Positions 1 through 9,025 of a DNA stretch of 64,000 bases are shown here, piece by piece. The notes under the pieces were generated by a model that saw nothing but the letters and a program-made list of their open reading frames with translations, was not told the origin of the DNA and made no database searches. The DNA is taken from contig JAPVWO010000059.1 of NCBI GenBank assembly GCA_027493375.1, positions 6,507 to 70,506 of the forward strand. Direction: 5' to 3'. The number at the start of each line of letters is the position of its first letter. The stretch's first letter is position 1. The DNA is from Candidatus Multivorans thiocomprendens (lineage in GTDB: Bacteria > Acidobacteriota > Thermoanaerobaculia > Multivoradales > Multivoraceae). The position numbers and the translations under genes are program-made.

Positions 1-186
1 CCACAGAGGTTCGCCGACCTGGAGTGGCGTCATCGCCTCGGCCAGAAAGGCGAAGGCGTCCACGAAGCTGCTCTTGCCCGAGCCGTTCCTGCTGGCGAGA
101 AACATCGGATTGGCGAGGACCACCTCTTCGGAAGACGGGCTCCGGGAGCGGTGAAGAAGAAGCCGATTCAAGACCGGGCCCGTCAT
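1..186 (-). CDS. AAA-family (AAA_21/OLD-like) ATPase, N-terminal part only (runs off window edge)
   Basis: Manual translation from ATG at 186: MTGPVLNRLLLHRSRSPSSEEVVLANPMFLASRNGSGKSSFVDAFAFLAEAM. Walker A-like xRNGSGKS followed by the typical 'D-A-F-x-F-L' helix; starts 5 bp after the DUF1156 stop. Confidence 0.6.
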   Translation of the reverse strand, partial: MTGPVLNRLLLHRSRSPSSEEVVLANPMFLASRNGSGKSSFVDAFAFLAEAMTPLQVGEPLW

Positions 187-190
187 GGGG

Positions 191-3160
191 TCACCTTGGC
201 ACCGCCAGCAGCATGGCGTCGAGGAGCCGTTTCTCGGTTGAGCCGCGAGGGTAGAGGGCCGAGAGGGCGTTGGCGAGACGCAGGAAGTAGGGGCCGCGCT
301 CTTGCTCCGCCTCGATCAGGCGGCGCAACGCATTCGCGTGGCCGTTTGATTGGAGCAGCATGGCGGCGTGAACTCGGTCGAGTGTCGTGGCGCCTGCCGG
401 GTCGAGGGCCGGGTCCGCGTCCAGCCGGACTTGCCTTCTGCGGCCGCTGCCGGCATTTCGGCGACCCCGCCGAGATACCTGCGGAGCAGCCGCTTCTGGG
501 AACAAGACCTGTTGAAGACTCCCGATCGGGTCGCGCTCGATGACGACCGCGGCTTTAGCGGTGCCGTCATCGCCGAAGAGTTCGCGCGCCCGCTCCGTAA
601 CCGGTAGCAGGCGTACGACGCCCTTCTTCTGGACGACGATGCGGCCCGTCCAGGCACCAAGGTCGATGCCCATCGGCTGGGCGAAACGGCGGACGACATC
701 AAATGGAAGGCTGAAGCCTTTAGAAGCGGCCTTGGCGACGGTAGCGCGGGCGTGTACTTGCTTCCTTAGGGCCTCATCTGTCGGGTCAGTAAGCTGCACG
801 GTCCAGAGGAAGAGTGCGGTCAACCGGGCGTCCTCTTCCAGATTCCGGGCGAACTCCTCGCGACCGACCTCACTACCGTGCTTGAGCACCTGCCTCAACG
901 CCGCTCTCGCGACCTCCTCCCAGACCTTCTCGAGATACTCCGGTAGGCCCACAGTGGAACCCTCCGCGGTTTCGACCCGCCCGTACCGACTGAAGATCTC
1001 GAGCGCGGGGCCGATGCAAGAGAAGACCAGATCCGCGCCGCGGACGCCTTCCCCCTGTAGGCGTTTCATGGAGTCGGCGACGCGAACGGGCAACTCGCGT
1101 AGGACATCGGCCCAATCGCCAGCAGGGCTACCTATAGCACGTGGTCGGCAGACGAGATGCACACTTGTCGCCAGAGCCGCCGAGTCTCGAGCCCGGATGC
1201 GATGAGGCATCTCCGTTGCTATGGGCCACGACGCGGTAATCGTCCAGCCACCGCCAATCATCCCGGAGAGAAAGGCCTCCCAGCCTTCTGTTGTCTGATG
1301 CGCGAACACGACCGCGCCGATACCGTTCCCCTGTAGAATGCGCCTGCCTTCGATAAACGACTGCTCCATCGCTCGGTTGAAGAACAGCGCATCTTTGGGA
1401 CGACCGTCAACGGCTTTCGAAGAGTCTTGAACCGCCTCTTGGCGCTTTGGAGAGAGAGGATTGTCAGGGTCAAAGGAGTCTCGCAGCAGAGGATGCCCCG
1501 GCAAACTTCGCTTTAGCCAGACCAAGAACGCGTCAGCGAGGTCAGCGTAGGGAATGGCGTCATAGTATGGCGGATCCGTGAAGAAAAGAGATGCCGAGTT
1601 GTCTGGAAGTGGGGACCGTTGAGCCATGGCTTGACTTGCCTGGCCGACGCGTGGGGGAGCCACGTCAGCGGAGCGGATGCCGGCACGAAGGTTGGCTGTA
1701 CACTTCTCCAGCGACCCACTTGATTGGCTTAGCGGGCACGCCTCCACGAAGTCCCAACTCATCTTCAATCTTCCCAGTTTGAGAACTGCTGAGGGACATT
1801 CTTGGCCAGGCATCCAGGAGCAAAGGCTGTTTCCGAGGTCAACTAGCTTGCCAATCGCCAAGGCCGAAGCGTCGATGGAGCGCTGGTCGACAGTGGCGGT
1901 CGCTAGAGCCAAGGCAGAGTGGGCTACTGCTTGCCGAGCCGTGAACAAGTCGGACCAACGGCGCATCCCGTACCGTTGAACACGGAAACCAAGAGTGCCG
2001 ATTGGCGGTAGTGGTTCGTCAGGCACCGGGCACAGGCCCTGTCTTCCACCGGAGTCCCAATCGTCTCGGATGGCCGAAAGCAGCATCTGGGACCGAAAGA
2101 CCGGGGCGTAGTCGGCCTCTGTCGGTTCTCTGTAGAGCCTGCCGGGCTTGCCAGACTTGAGTGTGACCACCGCGAGCAGTCGCGCCCCACTGGTCCGCCC
2201 GCCTTCGGAATCGAAAGCCGGGTCGGCTCCGCCGCGCTGAGCGACGAGCTGTGCCTTCACCCGTTCCGGGGACAGGACGCTGGGACAACACAAGCACGAC
2301 GCCTTGGCGCGCGTAATGTTGGCGCGGCGCACGTCGCCTTCGGCCTGCGGCTCGAAAATCTCGAACTCGACCTGCGGCGGCTGTCCCGAAAGGCGTCTAG
2401 TCCGCGGACGCAGGGCTCGCCTGCGGTTGGGCTTCTTGCATAGCCAGAATGAACGCAAGAGCGGAAGCTCGGCGCCGCAGTCAGGCGCTTCGCAGCGCAC
2501 GGTGCGGGCCCAGAGATAGGCGATCGGTTCTGCACCATCCGGGTCGGCTGGATAGAGGTCGGCGAGCTTCTGTGTGGCTTGTTCCTGGATCTCCGACCCC
2601 AAGCGGCGAAGGGTGCCGGTTAGGCCGGGTCCGTGCCGCGGAAGGTCCTCCAGAATGACCTTTAGGATGAGGCATGCCACTGGGTTCAGATCGCTGGCGA
2701 AAGCGTCGCAGCCGAGCCGCAGGGCCTCTAGGGGTATTGAACCGCCGCCGGCGAAGGGGTCTACGACGAGCGGGGCACGTTCGCCGTGAGCCGCAAGCAG
2801 TAGGTTCCGGGCGACCCGAACGTAGGTCGGTTCCCCTGCCATGTCCCAGTTCGCGAAGGCTCCGATGAACCAAAGAAGAGCCTTCTTGGTCTCCTCGTCG
2901 TCGGTGGGCGGCTGCCGCACCTCCTTGAGGATTCCACGCGCCTGCTGTTTGAAAGCCTCGGGACAAAGAGGATCGCAAGGGTCCGGCAGTAGCAGGGCCA
3001 TCAGCATCGCCCGGGACGACGCCAATGGCCGTCGCGCCCACCACAGGTGGATCGTCGACGGATGTCCGTGCCGGATCGACTTCTCGCGCACTGCGTGCCG
3101 CGAGACCTCGGCGATCGGGAAGTCGACCTCAGCGAGGCGCTTGCACTCGCGGGGGATCAA
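191..3160 (-). CDS. DUF1156-domain adenine-specific DNA methyltransferase
   Basis: N-terminal HLWWARRPL DUF1156 signature, SAM-binding DPFAGGGSIPLEA, CxxC zinc-ribbon insert, catalytic TDPPYY. Confidence 0.9.
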   Translation of the reverse strand: MIPRECKRLAEVDFPIAEVSRHAVREKSIRHGHPSTIHLWWARRPLASSRAMLMALLLPDPCDPLCPEAFKQQARGILKEVRQPPTDDEETKKALLWFIGAFANWDMAGEPTYVRVARNLLLAAHGERAPLVVDPFAGGGSIPLEALRLGCDAFASDLNPVACLILKVILEDLPRHGPGLTGTLRRLGSEIQEQATQKLADLYPADPDGAEPIAYLWARTVRCEAPDCGAELPLLRSFWLCKKPNRRRALRPRTRRLSGQPPQVEFEIFEPQAEGDVRRANITRAKASCLCCPSVLSPERVKAQLVAQRGGADPAFDSEGGRTSGARLLAVVTLKSGKPGRLYREPTEADYAPVFRSQMLLSAIRDDWDSGGRQGLCPVPDEPLPPIGTLGFRVQRYGMRRWSDLFTARQAVAHSALALATATVDQRSIDASALAIGKLVDLGNSLCSWMPGQECPSAVLKLGRLKMSWDFVEACPLSQSSGSLEKCTANLRAGIRSADVAPPRVGQASQAMAQRSPLPDNSASLFFTDPPYYDAIPYADLADAFLVWLKRSLPGHPLLRDSFDPDNPLSPKRQEAVQDSSKAVDGRPKDALFFNRAMEQSFIEGRRILQGNGIGAVVFAHQTTEGWEAFLSGMIGGGWTITASWPIATEMPHRIRARDSAALATSVHLVCRPRAIGSPAGDWADVLRELPVRVADSMKRLQGEGVRGADLVFSCIGPALEIFSRYGRVETAEGSTVGLPEYLEKVWEEVARAALRQVLKHGSEVGREEFARNLEEDARLTALFLWTVQLTDPTDEALRKQVHARATVAKAASKGFSLPFDVVRRFAQPMGIDLGAWTGRIVVQKKGVVRLLPVTERARELFGDDGTAKAAVVIERDPIGSLQQVLFPEAAAPQVSRRGRRNAGSGRRRQVRLDADPALDPAGATTLDRVHAAMLLQSNGHANALRRLIEAEQERGPYFLRLANALSALYPRGSTEKRLLDAMLLAVPR

Positions 3161-3354
3161 AGGCGTTCCTCGACCCAGCGAACGACGCTCCTGGAAAGCT
3201 GGAGGTGTTCGAGAAGTACGCCCTGCTGGCGCGGCCCCGTCTCGCCCCGCGCCGCCGAGCCGAACAGGATGATCTTGTCCGGTTCGGCGACCTCGACTAT
3301 GCGCCTGACGATCTCGTTCGACGTTCCCTGATCGACTGTGGGTCCCTGGTTCAT
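3157..3354 (-). pseudogene. Collapsed nucleotidyltransferase (MNT)-HEPN remnant
   Basis: 65 aa. EIVRRIVEVAEPDKIILFGSAARGE is an MNT N-terminus lacking the following DxD motif, and the tail SRSVVRWVEERL resembles a HEPN C-terminal helix. ATGA and TTGA overlaps with both neighbours. Confidence 0.6.
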
Positions 3355-5465
3355 GTGGAGCGTCCCCACCGGCGGCCGACGTAGGCGACGGCCTCGTTCA
3401 CGGGCAGCGCCTTGGTCGCGTTGCCGCTGCGCACGTAGAACAGCGCTTGGTTGGGATGTTCTACGTAGATCGGATGATCGCTCGGTTCCACGGTAACCTG
3501 ACAGACATCTTCACCGTCGATTTCGTGGAAGTTGACCGTCAGGAAGGACGCCGCCGCGGCTTCACCCAGATCCCGTTCCACGACTTGGCGGAGGTGGAGC
3601 TCAAGACCGTCGCGGTCCGGTTTCTTTAGAGTGCCGTAGTCGGTGCCTACTCCGACCGGCAGACCGGCATCGTCAACGCCGATCAGCAGCGTTCCGCCGT
3701 CGGCGTTCAGGAACCCGGCGATCGTCTTGACCACGGTGCCTTCGAGCGCCTTGTTGACTCGTTCTTCCCGGCGGTCCCAGCGGAGGCTCGACTTGAACTC
3801 GACCAGTTCGTTCTCTCCTTCGGCCAGCAGGCGCCGGGCGCCCTGTTCGTCGATGGCATCCGGATCGGTGTCCGGTATCCAGCTCGCGATGAAGTCGTTC
3901 ATCGCCTGGGCCAGAAGGCGGCGCCGCTCGGCGAGAAAGGCGAGGAAGTTCTCGGTCGTCCAGAGTTCCCGGTTCAGCGGAATCGACTGGGCCTGGAGCG
4001 CCCCGGGTTGAAGCGTCTCGATCTCCGGCAGGTACTCGGTAGGCGGCAGGTTGCGCCGGTCCTTGGGCGGCTTGGTGCCGAGTGCGGCCCGGTTACCCAC
4101 GGCGTTGATTCGGGCGTTGTCGTCGAACCCGTGCTGCCGGAGCAGCTTGCCGGGGAAGATGTAGTGCCGTTCCTCCTTCTGGCTTGCTGCGGTCGCACTG
4201 TCGAAGATCGGAATACCCGTGAACCAGTCCCGTGCGCCCCGGGAGCGCGCAACGACCCGGCTCAGCCGGGCCACGGCGGAGTTGATCCCCGCCCGCTCGA
4301 GATCGGCCGCTTCCAAGGTGGTTCTTCCGCGTTCGCGGAGGATGGCTGCTTCGAGTTCGTGCGTTGGGTCGAGGTCCTTGCCCGTTACCAGGGCGACATC
4401 CTGCTGGAGTTTCGTCTCGCTGGCCCCGGAGTAGCGGGTCCACAGGCCGGCAAGGTGAACCCAGCGAATGAACCGGTGCCGGATCGCCTCGCTGGGAAAG
4501 CGCCCGCCTTGCCCGGCGAGGTAGACGGTGGCCGGCACCAGCACGTAGTTCGTCGCCAAGTCCCCCAGGCCGCGAACGAACGTCTCGTGACGCAGGACGC
4601 TCGCCAGATGCTCGAAGGCCGGCTGCATTCTCTTCCACGCGCTCTGCAGTTCGTCGGGCGGCGTCCTCAGGAATACTCCTTCGAGCAACACCGAACCGGT
4701 TGCTACGCCCGCCAGACAGCGCACCAGGAAGTTCAGGTCGACTCCGAATCCGCGTTCCCCCATCTTCGCGCTGAAGGCTCGCAGTTCTCCGCGGGCCTCG
4801 GGCCACAGGCCGCAAATGTGGGCAAGAGCGAGGTCGGCCTTGGTCAGGGGCGTGCCCTTGCTGTTGACGCGGTTGAAGATGTCGACGACCTCGTCGACAG
4901 TGAATTCGTCTCCGGAGACCTCGTCTACGGTGTAGGTGTAGTCGCGGACCTTGTCCAGGCGTCCCAACCGGGCGAGGTTGCTCTGGAAGACCGCGCGCCG
5001 CTCCATCTCCAGCTCCTCGATCCGTTCGAGCAGGCCGGTAAGACCCTCCTTCAGGAACTCGTGGACGCCGATCCAGGCCGGGTCGTTCTGCATTCGCGAC
5101 CGTTGCCAGAACCTGAACTCCTCGGTTTGGACGTTGAAGTACAGGTCAAAGAAGAGGGACTCGCCTTCGTAGAAGTCGGGTGCTTCGCCAGCGAAGAGCA
5201 CGTACAGGGTGGTCAGCCGCTGCTGGCCGTCGAGGAGCAGGAGCGTGTGGCCGTCGCGGGGCGGTGCGGCGCCTCGTACTAGCGAGGGCTTGTACGTGCT
5301 CCAGATGAGCAGATGTCCGGTCGGGTGTCTGCGATACAGGGAGTGCAGAAGGCTCCGAACCTGGTTCCGATTCCACACATAGCCGCGCTGGAACTCGGGC
5401 AGCAGGATCTCGCCGCGGCGGATCTGGTTCAACAGTTCCGATATCGATCTCGTCTGGTGCATCAC
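3351..5465 (-). CDS. DUF262 (GmrSD-like) protein fused to a C-terminal Schlafen AlbA_2 domain
   Basis: DUF262 motifs LPEFQRGYVW, LLDGQQRLTTL, FNRVNSKG; HYIFP remnant of DUF1524; C-terminal GENELVEFKSS...IAGFLNADGGTLLIGVDD...YVRSGNAT typical of AlbA_2. Confidence 0.85.
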   Translation of the reverse strand: MMHQTRSISELLNQIRRGEILLPEFQRGYVWNRNQVRSLLHSLYRRHPTGHLLIWSTYKPSLVRGAAPPRDGHTLLLLDGQQRLTTLYVLFAGEAPDFYEGESLFFDLYFNVQTEEFRFWQRSRMQNDPAWIGVHEFLKEGLTGLLERIEELEMERRAVFQSNLARLGRLDKVRDYTYTVDEVSGDEFTVDEVVDIFNRVNSKGTPLTKADLALAHICGLWPEARGELRAFSAKMGERGFGVDLNFLVRCLAGVATGSVLLEGVFLRTPPDELQSAWKRMQPAFEHLASVLRHETFVRGLGDLATNYVLVPATVYLAGQGGRFPSEAIRHRFIRWVHLAGLWTRYSGASETKLQQDVALVTGKDLDPTHELEAAILRERGRTTLEAADLERAGINSAVARLSRVVARSRGARDWFTGIPIFDSATAASQKEERHYIFPGKLLRQHGFDDNARINAVGNRAALGTKPPKDRRNLPPTEYLPEIETLQPGALQAQSIPLNRELWTTENFLAFLAERRRLLAQAMNDFIASWIPDTDPDAIDEQGARRLLAEGENELVEFKSSLRWDRREERVNKALEGTVVKTIAGFLNADGGTLLIGVDDAGLPVGVGTDYGTLKKPDRDGLELHLRQVVERDLGEAAAASFLTVNFHEIDGEDVCQVTVEPSDHPIYVEHPNQALFYVRSGNATKALPVNEAVAYVGRRWGRST

Positions 5466-8400
5466 ATGGTTCCTGTCGGATCGGTCTGGCGCAGTGCGTC
5501 AACATCCAAATGGTAGTGCGCCACCTTCGTGACGTCGCGCCACGGAAACCGGGCGGGATCGTGAACCGGTTCCTGTAGCTGGGGAGTCTTCGCGCAGTCG
5601 GTGACCACGTAGAGCCAGTAGCAGTCCCGCCGATCCTCGGCGACGCGCCGCTCGTTCGGTGTAAGCAGGACACTCCCCTTCGTGCCGGCAAGACCCTTGA
5701 TCTCGATCAGGCGGAGTTCACCGGATTCCAGGTCGAGGCTGGTGATGTCGTAGCCGAGATTCTGCTGGTGAACGTCCTCGACGTGGCGGCCCCGCGCCTT
5801 CTCGTGTTCGATGACGATCTGCATGGCGGTCATTTCGGTCTCGGGGTGGGGGCGGAGATTCCTGAGGTCGGGCGCGTTCCTGTCGGGGTGGGGCAGGATG
5901 AGCGCGCTCGCCAGGCGTTCCACCGCCTGCAGGGTCACGGCTCGCTGCCGGTCGAGTTCGTCGCGGCGTTGGTCTCGTCGGGCCAGCAGTTCGGCATGGC
6001 GGTTCTCGGCCCGGGCCAGACGGCCCTGGGCGCCTTGCACGTCTTGCTGCGTCTCCTGGGCCGCATGGCCGATCTCGTCGTCGGTCCGCTGGATGGCGGC
6101 GGTCAGCGAGAGGCCGACGTGCTCGGCGATCCGCTCGACTTCTTCGAGGCGTTCGTCCCGGACTTCGCGCAGGAACGGACGGAGCGCGTTCTCGTCCAGC
6201 CAGGCGGTTGCCTCCGGGAGGAATGCCGCTGCGGGGAGTGGTTCCGGGGAAGAAGCAGGCGTCAGGTTGCCGAGCGCGTCCGGAGCCCGAAGCCGAGGGG
6301 GACCGTCTGGTTGGAGTTCCAGGGCGAACAGCCGCTCATGGATCACCTTGCCGAGGCCGTCCACGACGCGGGCTCGATAGAAGTCGAGGCGCGCCGGCGC
6401 CTCGTGGGCGATGGAGTGGAAGCACGCGCCCCGGGCGAGGGAGTCCTGGCCCTGGTCGAGGCTGTGCAGCCGCAGGGCCTCGAAGAGCGGGTGGCCGGGC
6501 GTAACCCACTCGAGGCTGTGCTGTTCCGCCGTGTGGCGGTCAGTGGACAGGCGCGGATAGCGTGCCGCCAGCTCGGGCCGCCTCCAACTGGGCCGGCGCT
6601 CGTACTTCTTGAGGTCGAGGGGCGTGCGCCCGGGGTCGAAGCCGTGAGGCAGGTTGGTGACAGGCCTGAGCCGGAGGTTCGCGTTGCTCGCCGTCTCGCC
6701 GATGAACCGCGCGATCGTCTCCGGGACCACGCGGCGCTCCCGCGCCCTGGCCTGACGTTCGACGAGCATGTCGAGATTGAGCTTCCTGGACGCGAGGCCT
6801 TCGAGCGCCGTCTGACAGATGTCGCGGAAGCGGCCCTCGTCCACGTTCCTCAGGAGCCGGTCTTCGAGGTCGGCATCCCCGAGCTTCCCGGCGTAGTAGT
6901 CGCGCAGCGTCCGCTCGACCTGGGCCGACGGCAGAATCTCGCCGACCACGTTAAACACCGCGTCGTCGTCGAGCGCGTCGCGGATCTTCTGGAGCTTCTG
7001 AAGCAGCCGTTGGAGCACCCGGCCTTCGATCGTATTCGTGGCCACGAAGTTGAAGATCAGGCAGTCGTGCTTCTGTCCATAGCGGTGGATGCGGCCCATT
7101 CGCTGTTCGAGCCGGTTCGGATTCCAGGGAATGTCGTAGTTGAAGAGGATGTGGCAGCACTGCAGGTTGATGCCTTCGCCGGCCGCTTCGGTGGCGACCA
7201 GGACCTGGATTGCACCTTCGCGGAACTGCTGTTCGGTGTAGAGCCGCGTCCCTGGTTCGTCGCGGGACCCCGGCTTCATGCTGCCGTGGATGCAGCCGGC
7301 GCTGAAGCCCCAGGTTCTCAGGTGACCGAGGAGGTGATCCAGGGTGTCCTTGAACTCGGTGAAGATCAGTAGGCGTTGGTCGGGCCGGTCGAAGAACCCC
7401 TCGTCCCGCAGCACCTGTCTGAGGTGCCCCAGCTTCGCCTCGTTCCCGGCGCCTTCGACCGCCGCCGCTTCTTCGGCCAGTTGGCGAAGTTCGTCGATCT
7501 CCTCGCCCACCTGCTCGGCGTTGCCGGTCAGCGTGATCGCTTCGAGCAGCCGCTCCAGTTCCTCGCGTGCGGCGTCCTCGAACTCTTCGAGTTCCTCGGC
7601 CGTAGGGAGAATCGGGGGCGCTGCCACGACGATGTCCTCCGCTTCCGTGAGCGCCTTCTCCAGGCGCGTGGCGCGGTTCTCGAGTGAACGCCGCATGGCG
7701 TAGGTGCTCGAGGCGAGACGCCTCTGGTAGAGAGCCATCAGGAAGCCGACGGCGCGCGCCCTGGGGTCGTCGCCGCGGGCCGCGGCGAGGCGGCTCTGCC
7801 GCTTCACGAACCGTGTCACGCGGTCGTAGAGGTCAAACTCCGGGCCGTCGATGGCGAAGTCGGCTGTGCGCGGGATTCGCTTCGTGAACACCGGTTTCGC
7901 CGCCCATGAGCCGTCCTCCTGCCGGTCGGGGAAGTAGACCATGGCCTCCTTGGTGCGGCGGAGATAGAAGGGGGCCCTGCGTTGGTTCATGGCGGCTCGA
8001 ATCGACGTTACGTCGGCGTAGACGTCCCGATCGAGTAACTGAAGGAACAGGCTGAAGTTCTTCGGATCGCCCTTGTGCGGCGTCGCGGTCAGCAGCAGGA
8101 TGTGGTCCGCGCGGTCGCGGAGCAGTTCTCCCAGCTTGTAGCGGAGGCTCTTGTGGCTCTCGTCCCGCGCCGACATGCGGTGCGCCTCGTCGACGATCAC
8201 GAGGTCCCAGTGAACCTGTTCGAGTCCGGGCAGGATCTCGTCGCGCTTCGCCAGATCGAGCGACGTGATGATCTGGTTCCGCTCCATCCATTGGTTGACG
8301 CCGAACTGGTCGCGGATGTCGCTGCCCTTGAGGACGATGAACTTCTCGTCGAACTTCTCGCTCAGTTCGCGCTGCCATTGGAACGTCAGGTTCGCCGGGC

Positions 8401-8872
8401 AGACGACCAGGACGCGCTCGACGAGTCCGCGGAGCTTGAGTTCACGAAGCAAGAGCCCCGCCATGATCGTCTTGCCGGCACCCGCGTCGTCGGCGAGCAG
8501 GAACCGCACGCTCGGCAGCTTGAGAAGGTGGTCGTAGACGGCCTCCAATTGGTGAGGCAGCGGATCGACCCGGGAGGTCGACAGGCCGAAGTAGGGGTCG
8601 AACTCGTAGGCGATGCCCAGCGCGTAGGCCTGAAGCCCCAGGCGCAGCAACCGTCCATCGCCGTTGTAGGAGAGAGACGCGTCGGCCACGTCGAGCCTGG
8701 CGATGTCGTCCGGCGTTAGCGTGACTCGGCGGAACCGCTCGCTTTGTTGGCCGACTAGGCCGGCTACCCACACGCCGGGACCGTTCGGCCGGACGGTTTC
8801 GACCCGCATCGGCTCGCTGAACAGCGGACCGGTCAGAACTTGTCCTTCGCGGATGGCGGCCTCGGTTTTCAA
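5462..8872 (-). CDS. SNF2-family helicase with C-terminal DUF3883 (PD-(D/E)xK-like) domain
   Basis: LLADDAGAGKT, VIVDEAH, LLTATPH, GEGINLQ, EQRMGRIHRYGQ; C-terminal GYDITS...LIEIKG. Confidence 0.9.
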   Translation of the reverse strand: MKTEAAIREGQVLTGPLFSEPMRVETVRPNGPGVWVAGLVGQQSERFRRVTLTPDDIARLDVADASLSYNGDGRLLRLGLQAYALGIAYEFDPYFGLSTSRVDPLPHQLEAVYDHLLKLPSVRFLLADDAGAGKTIMAGLLLRELKLRGLVERVLVVCPANLTFQWQRELSEKFDEKFIVLKGSDIRDQFGVNQWMERNQIITSLDLAKRDEILPGLEQVHWDLVIVDEAHRMSARDESHKSLRYKLGELLRDRADHILLLTATPHKGDPKNFSLFLQLLDRDVYADVTSIRAAMNQRRAPFYLRRTKEAMVYFPDRQEDGSWAAKPVFTKRIPRTADFAIDGPEFDLYDRVTRFVKRQSRLAAARGDDPRARAVGFLMALYQRRLASSTYAMRRSLENRATRLEKALTEAEDIVVAAPPILPTAEELEEFEDAAREELERLLEAITLTGNAEQVGEEIDELRQLAEEAAAVEGAGNEAKLGHLRQVLRDEGFFDRPDQRLLIFTEFKDTLDHLLGHLRTWGFSAGCIHGSMKPGSRDEPGTRLYTEQQFREGAIQVLVATEAAGEGINLQCCHILFNYDIPWNPNRLEQRMGRIHRYGQKHDCLIFNFVATNTIEGRVLQRLLQKLQKIRDALDDDAVFNVVGEILPSAQVERTLRDYYAGKLGDADLEDRLLRNVDEGRFRDICQTALEGLASRKLNLDMLVERQARARERRVVPETIARFIGETASNANLRLRPVTNLPHGFDPGRTPLDLKKYERRPSWRRPELAARYPRLSTDRHTAEQHSLEWVTPGHPLFEALRLHSLDQGQDSLARGACFHSIAHEAPARLDFYRARVVDGLGKVIHERLFALELQPDGPPRLRAPDALGNLTPASSPEPLPAAAFLPEATAWLDENALRPFLREVRDERLEEVERIAEHVGLSLTAAIQRTDDEIGHAAQETQQDVQGAQGRLARAENRHAELLARRDQRRDELDRQRAVTLQAVERLASALILPHPDRNAPDLRNLRPHPETEMTAMQIVIEHEKARGRHVEDVHQQNLGYDITSLDLESGELRLIEIKGLAGTKGSVLLTPNERRVAEDRRDCYWLYVVTDCAKTPQLQEPVHDPARFPWRDVTKVAHYHLDVDALRQTDPTGTM

Positions 8873-9025
8873 TGTGTTGAGTAGTCCTGGATGCGCGACC
8901 TTGGACCAGCCTCGAACGAGAGGCGACTGCTTCTCAAGGACGACGGCAGAAGATAGGCGGTGGCGAATGTGGCGTCAATGGTCTGACTGGCCTGACGGCG
9001 TAGATCGCGCAAGGTCTGTTCCCGG

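Noticed and set aside
8873..9025. Possible tRNA-Sec (selC) or att site between selB and the defence island
   Set aside because: No cloverleaf, TCA anticodon arm or GTTCGA T-loop on either strand.
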